In this document: piece by piece, positions 12,120 through 23,914 of the stretch
Layout of the letters: each line of letters opens with the position of its first letter
Position numbering within the stretch: the stretch's first letter is position 1
Source of the DNA: Phyllobates terribilis
Taxonomy: Eukaryota
NCBI RefSeq assembly: GCF_046119375.1
Contig: NW_027362768.1
Span: 29,698,001 to 29,762,000, forward strand
Direction of reading: 5' to 3'
Length of the DNA: 64,000 nt
Notes under the pieces: model-generated
Databases searched by the model: none
What the model was told of the DNA's origin: nothing
Seen by the model: the letters and a program-made list of their open reading frames with translations, nothing else
Program-made: the position numbers and the translations under genes

Positions 12120-12420
12120 TTCTAACCGGAGAAAATATGGCGGCTGCCTCACCGGACAGCAGGAAGTGACGTCACGTAGTGGAAAGGAGGAAGAAAGGCG
12201 GCAGAACAGACCGGCTGAGAGAACCAATCAACTTGCTTGAATATGCGGACAAATGAGAACGCTTGTGCCAGGCGCCCAATCAACAAACTTGTGTCTCGTA
12301 GCCATGGAGTAACCAATCAGAACGAAAAACCTTCACCCGCTTGTTTTTTTATTTCATTTTGGCGATTCGAAACTTTATTTCAACCACCCCAGCGAACAGT
12401 GAACATTGTAAGTCGTGAGT
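12120..12420. promoter_or_regulatory. Bidirectional CpG-island promoter shared by PRPF38B and HENMT1
   Basis: CpG-rich. YY1-like AATATGGCGGC at 12134-12144, overlapping ETS-CRE AGGAAGTGACGTCAC at 12161-12175, CCAAT boxes at 12224, 12276 and 12313. Genes are head-to-head. Confidence 0.75.
12330..12407 (+). other. HENMT1: Probable non-coding first exon of HENMT1 (5' boundary unknown)
   Basis: Donor GTAAGT at 12408 and a second GTGAGT at 12415, just downstream of the CCAAT boxes. The ATG-containing exon begins with an acceptor at 23885, so an upstream non-coding exon is needed. Confidence 0.45.
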
Positions 12421-12917
12421 CAGAAGAGACGTAAATGGCCGTCTGCCCGTCCCTGGAGTTTAATAACTGAGCTAAAACTCCCGTTTATCCCGGTGACTCC
12501 GGCTCCCGCTGCGGTTTATCTCCGGGGTATGCGGTTATGAAACTCCTAAGCAGCAGTGTGAGGGATGGAGGCAGCTTTGTTGCTTGGCTCACCCGCGCTG
12601 ATTTGTGTGTTGCTTTGTTTCGGCCTAAAAGTCAATGGAAAAATACATTTTTTCCCTTGTGTGTTTTTTTTCACCTATTTTCGGGGGTAAAATGACTGTT
12701 TTGTGATTACGTTATATTAACTAAGGGTTTTTTTATCTTGATTTTAGCTTTGATTCTGCTTCCAGAATCCTCCCAATATACTTTACTATTAGCTATAAAA
12801 TAAAACCTAATCCTCCTGGCGTCTGGTTGGGGTGTGGGAGACGCCTCCGATCTGCTGCATGAATCCAATGAAAGCTGAAAAAATGTCCTAAATCCAAAAA
12901 CCTGTCTGAGGCGGGTT

Positions 12918-14300
12918 TAGAATAATAATAATAATGGCGCTATAAAAACTAACATATTCCGCAGCACTTTACAAATTTTAGGGGAGACATATACAGACAG
13001 TACAGAATAAGCATATCTCATATCAAAAGGAGTGAGGGCCCTGCTCGCGAGCTTACAGTCTATGAGGAAGTGGGGGAGACACAAAAGGTAAAAAGTACAT
13101 ATATTGTATAATGCAGCCTTCATCTACTAAATAGGATAAATAATAATACATGGACCGGTCGCCTGCCAGTATGCGTACAGTCCTGACCGAGGCTATTATG
13201 TGCATGGTTGGTATGAACCTGAAATTGAAGAAGATTTTAATATGGGGGAAAACTGGGATGGACAGATAGTGTGTGGAGGCGATACGCCAGTCTAAAGAAA
13301 TGGTTTTTTTGGGTCCGCTTGAAACTGTGGGTATTGGAAATTAATCGAACTGTCCTGGGTAGTGCATTCCAAAGAATTGGCGCAGCACGCGAGAAATCTT
13401 GGAGACGGGAGTGGGAAGTTTGGATTATGGAGGATTTTAGTTTTAAGTCATTTGCAGAACGGAGGGCACGTGTAGGGTGGTAGACTGAGACAAGGGAGGA
13501 GATGTAGGGGGATACTGAAGCATGGAGCGCTTTGTGGGTAAGCGTGATAAGTTTAAATTGAACTCTATATTGGATGGGTAACCAATGCAATGACTGGCAC
13601 AGGGAAGAGGCATGGGTGTAGCGGTTGGCGAGGAATATGATCCTTGCTGCTGCGTTAAAGACGGATTGGAGAGGGGAGAGTTTAGTAAGAGGGAGACCGA
13701 TAAGTAGAGAGTTGCAATAGTCAAGACGAGAATGAATAAGAGCTACAGTAAGTTTTTGCTGAGTCAAAGGTGAGAAAAGTCCTGATTCTTGAGATGTTTT
13801 TGAGGTCTAGATGACATGAACGAGCGAGTGATTTGATGTGAGGAGTGAAAGAAAGATCTGAATCAAAAATGACCTCAAGACAGCAGGCTCGTTGCTGGGG
13901 AGAAATGGTTGAGCCACAAACGGAAATGGCAATATCGGGCACAGGTAGGTTAGTGGAGGGAGGAAAGATGAGTAGTTCAGTTTTTGACAGATTCAGTTTT
14001 AGGTAGAGGGAGGACATAATATTAGACACGGCAGAAAGACAATCACTGGTCTTTTGTAATAATGCAGGGGTGATGTCCGGAGCAGAGGTGTATAATTGGG
14101 TGTCATCAGCATAGAGATGGTACTGAAAACCGAATCTACTGATAGTTTGTCCAATAGGAGCAGTGTATAAGGAGAAAAGAAGGGGGCCTAGGACTGATCC
14201 GTGAGGAACCCTGACAGTAAGGGGAAGGAGAGAGGAGGAGGAGCCGGCAAAAGACACAGAGAAGGAGCGGTTAGAGAGATAGGATTTGTGACGTACACAA
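12918..14300 (-). mobile_element. 5'-truncated L2 (CR1/L2 clade) LINE with frameshifted RT
   Basis: [48 protein letters not shown] motifs. (ATT)n tail at 12920-12935. Frameshift near 13730. Confidence 0.9.
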
Positions 14301-16902
14301 CTTCTATTATAGGAGTTTGACCCTTTCTGCACCGCAGTAGACTCTTATAAAGTGTCTAGAAAAGCAGGTGAGACTGAAGCTTCATCATGGCTGGTTACCT
14401 AGACCAGGAGCATACGGCACTGTCTGGATCCATCCACCTCTGCGTCCCTGCGCTTCTCCCGCCCTTTGTTAGCAGCCTGGAAGGGAGCCCACAGTTCTGG
14501 CCAGTAGCGCCACCATACTGCTGTCCTGAGCTGACCATTTTCGGGGGCGCAGCAACGGCCTCCAGCAGAGCAGGGAGCACTACGCTCCTGAAGTTTCATG
14601 TTGGGAAAACTTTTTAAGGCCATGGCCCCACTATCAGTATTTGATCAGTATTGGGTCAGTATTTTTTCTCAGGAGTGGGAGCCAAAACCAGGTTAGGAAC
14701 AATCAGAGAAAAGGTATAATAGAAACAAGTCACCAATTCTGCATTTATCACACACTCCTGGTTTTGGCTCCCACTCCTGAGAAAAAATACTGACCAAATA
14801 CTGAGTGGGGCCGTGGTCTAAGAGTCCCCATCTCCAGTCTGTGGCTGCCTTTAATATTTAAGAAATCAAGGAGCAGCCACAGACTGATGAACACATCAAA
14901 AGTGTGCAGACGTGTCCTTTATGTTCCTCTCTCTAGTAACAGTCAGGTCCTAACATTAAGGCCATATGGATTCCAGCATGCAGAGCGAGATCCCACAACC
15001 ATCCTTGGTCCCCCACAGTTTTATTATGAGATTTCATGTGTTATCACAATATCTCGCGCTTTTCACTTACAAAGCGCCGCTGTGTCGTTTACTAGACAGT
15101 TACTGATATGTAACATCATTAGTGTGGTCACCCTTCAGTGACTGCTTAGTAAAGAGCACAGCAGCGCTGGGTCAGTGCAAAGCCCAAGATCTTGTTATAT
15201 CACTGCAAGGAAGACTGCACAGGGATGTGGGATCTCACACCACATGTCAAGATCCCATAACCTGGAAGTTTGGACATGACTTTTGCTGGAAAGTTAAGTG
15301 CTTTCTTTAGGGGGGAATTAGGAACACTTCTAAGTTATATTTAGAAAAATCATTGCTAAATAAACTGTGACCCGCAGACTGGTGATGGGTACTTTTAAAG
15401 ATTTGCACCACTTTTAAAAAAAAAAAAAAAGAATTTACCTTCCGCTCTATGACAGAAGACTTGTATCAAAAAGTCACAAAATTTGTCACCAGTGGTATTT
15501 TGTGCAAACTTTTACAACTTTCTTGCTCCCTTTGCATCATCTTTAGCATATTTCCAAAAAGTGGGGGCATGACAAAAACCAGCATACCAATACTATTCTC
15601 TACTATAATGTACAGCAGAAATCTGGCATGCATTGTAGCTGAACTCTACGCTTGCTCGTGGCTGGGGTAGAGTTTATTTTCTGGCTCATTGACAACCTGA
15701 AAGATGCCCCATGTTATTGAGATCCACCCTATTCAAGTTGGCTATAGTTTCAAGACTGGTGTACAAAATGCCGGTCTTTATAAACTCTCCTCTAAGGCTG
15801 GTTTCACAAGTCTGTATATCTCCGATACCGGTAAAACCAGTACCGGAGATATGTGTCCGAGTGTGTCACACGTGTGGCAACCGTGTGCTGCATCAGGATC
15901 ACACGGACCGGCTCCTGGGAATCAGCACTAGAGTTAGCGCTGTTCCCAAGCTCCGGGTGCTGAATGCTGCCCTCATCATGGTTCCCTGCCGGCGCTGTGA
16001 TCAGCACCAGCAGGGATGATCATGAGGGTAGTGGTAGCCTGCTCCCACAGTGTCCCTGTTTAAAAATAAGAATAAAATAATAAAATCCATATACTCACCT
16101 CTCCTAGGTGTCCCCCACTGTAATCCATGCGAGCGCTGCTACAGAGCAGCAGGGGAGAATGAGTGGCTCAGGAGCGGTGTCCTGTCGCTCCCTGAGCGCA
16201 GCTCCGGAACGGCTCATTGCTGATCGTTCTCATGGATTACAGCGAGGGACATCTCCGGACAGGAGAGTACGGATTTAACCACTTCGCGCCAGAGCCTGTT
16301 TTTGCCTTCGTGACCGGGCCAATTTTTTCAATTCTGACCACTGTCACTTTATGAGGTAATTACTCTGGAACTCTTCAACGGATCCCCCTGATTCTGAGAT
16401 TGTTTTTTTGTGACATATTGTACTTCATGATAGTGGTAAAATTTCTTCGATATCACTTGCGTTTATTTGTGAAAAAAATCGGAAATTTGGCAAAAATTTT
16501 GAAAATTTTGCAATTTTCAAACTTTGAATTTTCATGCCCTTTAATCAGAGAGATATATCACACAAAATAGTTAATGAATAACATTTCCCACATGTCTACT
16601 TCACATCAGCACAATTTTGGAACCAAAATTTTTTTCTGTTAGGAAGCTATAAGGGTTAAAAGTTGACCAGCGATTTCTCATTTTTACAACAAAATTTACA
16701 AAAACATTTTTTTAGGGACCACATCTTATTTGAAGTGACTTTGAGGAGCCTTTATGACAGAAAATACCCAAAAGTGATACCATTCTAAAAACTGCACCCC
16801 TCAAGGTGCTCAAAACCACATTCAAGAAGTTTATTAACCCTTCAGGTGCTTCACAGGAATTTTTGGAATGTGGAAGAAAACAATGAACATTTAACTTTTT
16901 TT

Positions 16903-18752
16903 CACAAAACTGCTACTTTAGCCTCAAATTTTTAATTTTCACAAGGGCAGCCAGAAAAAAATGGACCCCAAAATGTGTTGTGCAATTTCTCCTGAGCACG
17001 CTGATACCCCATATGTGGTGCAAAGCCACTGTTTGGGCGCACGGCATGGCTCGGAAGGTAAGGAGCGCCATTTGACTTTTGGAATGGAAATTTGACTGGA
17101 ATCGATAGCGGACGCCATGTTGCATTTGGAGAGCCCCTGAGGTGCCTAAACAGAGGAAACCCCCAACAAGTCACCCCATTTTGGAAACTAGACCCCTCAA
17201 GGAACTTATCTAGATGTGTGGTGAGCACCTTGAACCCCCAGGGGCTTCACAGAATTTTATAATGTTGAAGGGTGAAAATAAAAAAACACATTTTTATCAC
17301 AAAACTGCTACTTTAGCCTCAAATTTTTAATTTTCACAAGGGCAGCCAGAAAAAATGGACCCCAAAATGTGTTGTGCAATTTCTCCTGAGCACGCTGATA
17401 CCCCATATGTGGTGCAAAGCCACTGTTTGGGCGCACGGCATGGCTCGGAAGGTAAGGAGCGCCATTTGACTTTTGGAATGGAAATTTGACTGGAATCGAT
17501 AGCGGACGCCATGTTGCATTTGGAGAGCCCCTGAGGTGCCTAAACAGAGGAAACCCCCAACAAGTCACCCCATTTTGGAAACTAGACCCCTCAAGGAACT
17601 TATCTAGATGTGTGATGAGCACCTTGAACCCCCAGGGGCTTCACAGAATTTTATAATGTTGAAGGGTGAAAATAAAAAAACACATTTTTATCACAAAACT
17701 GCTACTTTAGCCTCAAATTTTTAATTTTCACAAGGGCAGCCAGAAAAAATGGACCCCAAAATGTGTTGTGCAATTTCTCCTGAGCACGCTGATACCCCAT
17801 ATGTGGTGCAAAGCCACTGTTTGGGCGCCCGGCATGGCTCGGAAGGTAAGGAGCGCCATTTGACTTTTGGAATGGAAATTTGACTGGAATCGATAGCGGA
17901 CGCCATGTTGCATTTGGAGAGCCCCTGAGGTGCCTAAACAGAGGAAACCCCCAACAAGTCACCCCATTTTGGAAACTAGACCCCTCAAGGAACTTATCTA
18001 GATGTGTGGTGAGCACCTTGAACCCCCAGGGGCTTCACAGAATTTTATAATGTTGAAGGGTGAAAATAAAAAAACACATTTTTAACACAAAACTGCTACT
18101 TTAGCCTCAAATTTTTAATTTTCACAAGGGCAGCCAGAAAAAATGGACCCCAAAATGTGTTGTGCAATTTCTCCTGAGCACGCTGATACCCCATATGTGG
18201 TGCAAAGCCACTGTTTGGGCGCACGGCATGGCTCGGAAGGTAAGGAGCGCCATTTGACTTTTGGAATGGAAATTTGACTGGAATCGATAGCGGACGCCAT
18301 GTTGCATTTGGAGAGCCCCTGAGGTGCCTAAACAGAGGAAACCCCCAACAAGTCACCCCATTTTGGAAACTAGACCCCTCAAGGAACTTATCTAGATGTG
18401 TGGTGAGCACCTTGAACCCCCAGGGGCTTCACAGAATTTTATAATGTTGAAGGGTGAAAATAAAAAAAACAAATTTTTAACACAAAACTGCTACTTTAGC
18501 CTCAAATTTTTAATTTTCACAAGGGCAGCCAGAAAAAATGGACCCCAAAATGTGTTGTGCAATTTCTCCTGAGCACGCTGATACCCCATATGTGGTGCAA
18601 AGCCACTGTTTGGGCGCACGGCATGGCTCGGAAGGTAAGGAGCGCCATTTGACTTTTGGAATGGAAATTTGACTGGAATGGATAGCGGACGCCATGTTGC
18701 ATTTGGAGAGCCCCTGAGGTGCCTAAACAGAGGAAACCCACAACAAGTGACC
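16903..18752. repeat. ~394-bp tandem array, ~4.7 near-identical units, inside the piggyBac
   Basis: Unit starts (cacaaaactgctact) at 16903, 17298, 17692, 18086 and 18481. The repeated 104-aa and 61-aa ORFs are by-products. Confidence 0.95.
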
Positions 18753-19152
18753 AAATTTTACAATCTACTCCTCTGTATAAATTAATCTAGTGGTGGGAAA
18801 ATAAGTAGATAGGTAAATGGTCACTAAACCCATAGATGAATTCCCACAGAGGTGTCATTTCCATAATGGGGTCACTTCAGGGGGGATTATGCTGTTCTGG
18901 CACTTTTCAGAGTACCAGAGCTAAAGAATCCCCCCTGAAGTGACCCCATTTTGGAAATGACACCCCTCTGGGAATTCATCTATGGGTTTAGTGACCATTT
19001 TAACTCGATGGATGATTTCCAGAAACAAGCACGCAATGGAAGGTTTAGATTCTGGAGAACCCCCCCTGGAAATTAAGTGAGCTCTACTCGAATATGTCAT
19101 TCACTAAATGAACCAAATGTTTGAATGACAAATTGGGATACATTTTTACAGT

Positions 19153-20964
19153 TTAAAAATGTGGTTCTGTGTGGTAGATTTTAAAGCAGTCAGTGACGCA
19201 TAAGGCTGGCAATGATGGGCATTGTGGGCAATAGTAGCGGGTATCACGCCTCATTCCTCTCTTAGTACATACACAACATCTTTTCTGGGGGTTCCTTCTT
19301 GTTTCCGTTGCTGGAATAAGTACAATAAAATGTCGCTCAGTGAGTCTTTTCACATCCTCAGATTCTAATGGATGAGCGGGGCTAACACTTTGAAAGACAA
19401 GATTTTCAATTACCTTTTCTTGATAATCAAGAAAAGGATCTGAATTTCCTGCTTTTTTGTACAACACAAAAGAATTGTATGTGGCCACCTGAAACAAATA
19501 AATAACCAACTTTTTATACCAGGTATAGGACTTTCTTGATACCTGGTATGGCTGTAGAACCTGGTCTGCAAGGTCCACACCCCCCATGTGTTTGTTGTAG
19601 TCAATGACTGACACAGGTTTTTGCTTCGGAGTGGTGGATCCTAGTTCTACAGTGGCCCTTGTGGCATCTGTGTGGATCGAGCTGAGGACAAAAATATCCC
19701 TCTTATCCCTATATTTCAGGGCAAGCAGCTCTCCGTTGCGTACAGCCCCTGACTGCCCCTTTTGGAACTTTTTGTTGACCAATGGTTGTGGAAACCCCTG
19801 ACGGTTTTTACGGATGGTCCCACAAGCCCCGATGTTGTGTTCAACCAGACTTTTAAATAGGGGTATGCTGGTGTAATAATTGTCCACATATAGATTGTAG
19901 CCTTTTTGAAAAAATGGACTTATCAGTTCCCAAACAATTTTTGCAGATGTCCCCAGATAAGTAGGGCATCCTGGTGGGTTTAGCTGGCTATCTTTCCCCT
20001 CATATATGCGGAAAGCGGATGTGTATCCGGTTGAACTTTCTTTATAGATCTTTATTCCAAACCTTGCCCTTTTAGATGGGATAAATTGCTTGAGGTGCAG
20101 TCTTCCTTTGAATTTTACAAGGGACTCATCTATAGAAATATTTTGTGTTGGGGTGTAGAGGCTTAAGAATTTTTCTGACAAATTTTCAATGATGGGTCTA
20201 ATTTTATATAACCTGTCATGTTCTGGGGCATTTCTGGGCAGGCATTGACTATTGTCGTTAAAATGCCAAAACCGCATGAGCATTTCATAACGGGTCCTAG
20301 GCAGAATGACTGAAAACATAGGGGTGGCTTGAACAGGGTGGTTGGACCAGTAGGATCGAATGCTCGGTTTTTTAACAAGCCCCATGGCAAATGTAAGTCC
20401 TAAAATTTTTTTTATTTCCGGGACATTAGTTGGTGTCCATAAATTTGCCCTAGCATAGTAAGATCGGGGATTCTGGCTTATGAATTGGGATGCATATAAA
20501 TTTGTTTGCACGACAATATGCTCTAGCAAGCTGTCTGTAAAAAACAAATTAAAAAAATGAATTGGTCCAAAATCTTCCACCTCCACATTTATACCAGGAG
20601 TGGCGTTGAAATCAGGGCTGAATGGAGCAGCCGAATCCGAAGCCTCCCATCTGGGAAATGCTAGATCATGTGGCAAAGCCCCTTGTACACTGGGGTGCAC
20701 CAATTCACTAGTAGCAGGGACAGCGCTTGTACTGGGCAGTGTTCCCTGATTTGGAGACGTTTCTCCAGTAGCGCTATTTGCACCTATTGCTGTACTGGTC
20801 CTTGGGCTTGAGGATGGAACAGAATCACTGCTCATTTCTGAGCTCTCAGTGTCGCCACTACTAAAGCCCTCAAAATCCACATCTCCATCTGAGATTGCGC
20901 TGTCATCAGGGTCAGAACACAGCAGGGCATACACCTCTTCTGCGGTATAAGTCTGACGGGCCAT
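19153..20964 (-). CDS. piggyBac transposase, 603 aa
   Basis: DDD triad (SIDES, YVDNYY, GGVDLAD) and C-terminal Cys-rich domain (CCVC...CPQC...LC...CF..YH). Uninterrupted ORF. Confidence 0.9.
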   Translation of the reverse strand: MARQTYTAEEVYALLCSDPDDSAISDGDVDFEGFSSGDTESSEMSSDSVPSSSPRTSTAIGANSATGETSPNQGTLPSTSAVPATSELVHPSVQGALPHDLAFPRWEASDSAAPFSPDFNATPGINVEVEDFGPIHFFNLFFTDSLLEHIVVQTNLYASQFISQNPRSYYARANLWTPTNVPEIKKILGLTFAMGLVKKPSIRSYWSNHPVQATPMFSVILPRTRYEMLMRFWHFNDNSQCLPRNAPEHDRLYKIRPIIENLSEKFLSLYTPTQNISIDESLVKFKGRLHLKQFIPSKRARFGIKIYKESSTGYTSAFRIYEGKDSQLNPPGCPTYLGTSAKIVWELISPFFQKGYNLYVDNYYTSIPLFKSLVEHNIGACGTIRKNRQGFPQPLVNKKFQKGQSGAVRNGELLALKYRDKRDIFVLSSIHTDATRATVELGSTTPKQKPVSVIDYNKHMGGVDLADQVLQPYQVSRKSYTWYKKLVIYLFQVATYNSFVLYKKAGNSDPFLDYQEKVIENLVFQSVSPAHPLESEDVKRLTERHFIVLIPATETRRNPQKRCCVCTKRGMRRDTRYYCPQCPSLPALCVTDCFKIYHTEPHF

Positions 20965-20989
20965 TTTATTTTTAGATTTTTTGACTGGA

Positions 20990-21255
20990 CTGAACGGACC
21001 GGACTGACCGGACTGGACTGACCGGACTGATCTGACAGGACTGACTGACCTGACAGGACTGACTGATCTGACAGGACTGACTGATCTGACAGGACTGACT
21101 GACTGACAGATCTGACAGGACTGACTGACTGACAGATCTGACAGGACTGACTGACTGATCTGACAGGACTGACTGACTGACTGATCTGACAGGACTGACT
21201 TACTGATAGATCTGACAGGACTGACTTACTGATAGATCTGACAGGACTGACTAAC
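20990..21255. repeat. GACT/GACAGGACTGATCT microsatellite-like array directly upstream of the piggyBac ATG
   Basis: Irregular (ggactgactgatctgaca)n repeats, followed by ctaaccctaa. Confidence 0.9.
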
Positions 21256-22769
21256 CCTAACTCTTACTTTCTTTTTTATTTTTTTTTTTTACTTTCACAG
21301 TGGCAAGGCTGACACAGCTCTTGTCACACTGTTTCTCCTCTGCTCTCTCACTGAGATCGGAGGAGAAACAGTGTATTTATCAGGCAGATCGCCCGGGAAA
21401 GTTTGTTGCTAAAACAAACTTCCCTGGTGATCTCTCTGATTGGCTGGTGTGACGCTGACATCATCGAGACCTGAGCCAATCAGGTCTCGATGATGTCAGA
21501 GGTCACAGCACCGGGATCCCCGCCGCTCCTGAGGTATGTGGGGGGTCCCGATCGCCGACCACCAGCTGTTACTATCTTTTAAATGCCGCGATCGCTATGG
21601 ATCGCGGCATCTAGAAGATAGGAACAGGTTAACGTCATGGGGACCTGATCCATTCAGGTCCGCATGATGCCACATGTCAGAGCTATCGCTCTGAACCGGT
21701 ACCGCAGCGCTAGCAGGACCCTGGGGGTCCTGAGCGCTGCGGGACCACCCACCGTTTTTAAACGTCGGCGCTGCACAGAGCCCGGGCAGCGCCGACGTTT
21801 ATGTACAGTGGGCGGTCCTGAACCGGTTAATTATTTTATTCTTATTTTTACACAGGGACACTGCGGGAGTCGACTACCACTACCCTCATCATTGTCCCTG
21901 CTGGTGCTGATCGCAGCGCCGGCAGGGAACCATGATGAGGGCAGCGTTCAGCAGCGGCACTTCGGAACAGAGCAATTCCCAGGCGCTGGTACATGTCACA
22001 CGGGTGACACACGGATGTCATCCGTGTGGTACGTTTTGCGGACCGTGTATCCGTAAAAAAACGGACTTGTCTCTGTGTGGAGCACATGGACACACGGTCC
22101 TTGGAAACACACTGACACGTGCACAGACCCATTGATTTTAATGGGTCTGCGTGCGTCAGTGTCTCCGGTACGTGTGGAAATTGTCACCACATATACTGGA
22201 GATACTGACATGTGAAAGAGATTTAATAGTGAGCCAACTAATGCATTGTGTAAACTTTGGGGTCAAGTAATCGCTTTTGGAGTGTTTTGCGACTTGCAGG
22301 TTGGCAATTTATCAAAAAACTTGTGCAAAGGAAAAGAGGAGTGGTTCATCATGTAATCCAATGAAATTGCTGTGGACAACATTCTTGCACATTTTTCCTT
22401 TGCACAAGAGTTAATAAACCCCCCATTGGAGTGTTGTTGTTTTTTTGCTACCATGTTAATATGTCATTTCTATCAGTTTGGATTATATCTGAAAACCAGT
22501 GCAGAAACATCCTTGAAGCTGCGGTTATAGTTACCAGGCCTTCCTGACTACTCTGTAATATTCAAGATGTCATCAGATTAGCAGGTTTACAATGAACTTT
22601 CTTTACCAGTATAGAAGTACAAGGTCTGAGAAATGTGTTACCTTGTTACAATTCATATTTTTTTTTACATTTTAATATAACAAATGTTAGATAATTATGA
22701 GTCCATGTCATTTAATATTGTATGGCACCTCATTAGCATATTTGACGAAGGGACAATTCTGGACACTAA

Positions 22770-23252
22770 GGCTATGTTCACACATTTTTTTTTTTTATTT
22801 ACGTCACAAATCTGCAGCAAAACTGATCTCTGGCAGGAAATCAGCTGGGGTCAAAAAACGCAGGTTTTGCTGCATTTTTTCAGTGTTTTTTTCACTGTCC
22901 TTCTGTCTCTATATTTATGCGTGTACATAAAGTTCTGTGAAAAAAAAGAACCCCATTCTATTTGCCATCAAAAACACTGAAAAAACGCTGATGCAAATTT
23001 TAGTGCCTTTTTTTATGCATTTTTTTCAGCGTTTTTTTCACCACCCATTGTGAAAGAATTGCTGAAATAAGTGACATGCTCTATTTTCCAAAAACCAAAC
23101 CAAGGCACAAAATACGCAACAAAAAAACCATGATGTGTGAACAGAGAATGCTGGTTTCTCATAGACTTTGCTGGTACTGCAAAACGCAGCTGAAAATTTG
23201 CTTCAAAATCTGCAGAAAAAATGCTAAAACCACAACATGTATGAACATAGCC
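22770..23252. mobile_element. Harbinger-type MITE
   Basis: GGCTATGTTCACAC / GTATGAACATAGCC TIRs, TAA TSD. Confidence 0.75.
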
Positions 23253-23914
23253 TAAAGGTGCCTTTTTTCTTACCAGGGCAGCATTTCCTACAAGCTGCAG
23301 TGTTTGGGTTTCATCATTCACATGCTGACACATTGCCTTAAATTGCCACGTTAAAGGGATTGTCCAGTCTGATGGTTGTGGCAAATTCAGATATGCTTTA
23401 AAAAAATATATACTGGTATATATTTTTTTAAGTTTTCCTAGTAGACTTAAACTTGCTTGTACTAAATACTGCAAAAATATACTGCATTATATAGTGAAAT
23501 AAGCATTCTTCATATGAAGTACAGACTGGGCTTCATAGGAAAACAAATGACAGCCACAAAAGTGTTTAGTAAGCCATGTCATCAGAGGCAGATGCCAGCT
23601 GTATAATGCTGCTGGCACCCGCCTAGTTCCCCAGCCCTCTCCATGCACCTGTATCCGATATAGGATGCTTTACTATGTTCTACACCAAGAAGAGATCAAA
23701 TGTCTTTTTTTTATTTTTGCTAATTAGAAGCTAAGAATGATGCGATATTTGAAAGCATTCTGTCACTATTGTAGTTTCCATTCTTGCAGCAGAATATCAG
23801 TAAGAAGAAAGTCTTAAACCCCCTACAGATATTTGCTGCATTGACTTTGTTCATTCTGGATTTAATCTGTGGTTTCACATTTCAGCTGTCAATGGGACGT
23901 TGTCTTAAATACAC

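Larger units (their letters stand above)
16279..21826 (-). mobile_element. Full-length piggyBac (PGBD4-like) DNA transposon, ~5.5 kb
   Basis: TTAA at 16275-78 and 21827-30. Short imperfect CC..TTC termini. Joining the two flanks across TTAA restores the right arm of the host MITE palindrome. Confidence 0.88.
15796..22223. mobile_element. Palindromic PIF/Harbinger-type MITE interrupted by the piggyBac
   Basis: TAA at 15793-95 and 22224-26. Termini GGCTGGTTTCACA / TGTGAAAGAGATT. Internal arms (~15960-16090 and ~21830-21960) are reverse complements. Confidence 0.75.

Noticed and set aside
11754-12227. 157-aa ORF as the full first exon of PRPF38B
   Set aside because: Homology starts at MANN (12119) and ends at the donor at 11879. 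The flanking residues are UTR/promoter and intron read-through.
14880-14920. CTGATGA-ACAC...GTGT...GTC resembling a hammerhead
   Set aside because: No GAAA and no stem I pairing. The CTGATGA falls in the arm of a short palindromic MITE.
16903-18752. CRISPR-like array or repeated small genes
   Set aside because: Units are contiguous with no unique spacers, lie inside a vertebrate piggyBac, and have no cas genes nearby. The repeated ORFs merely mirror the unit.
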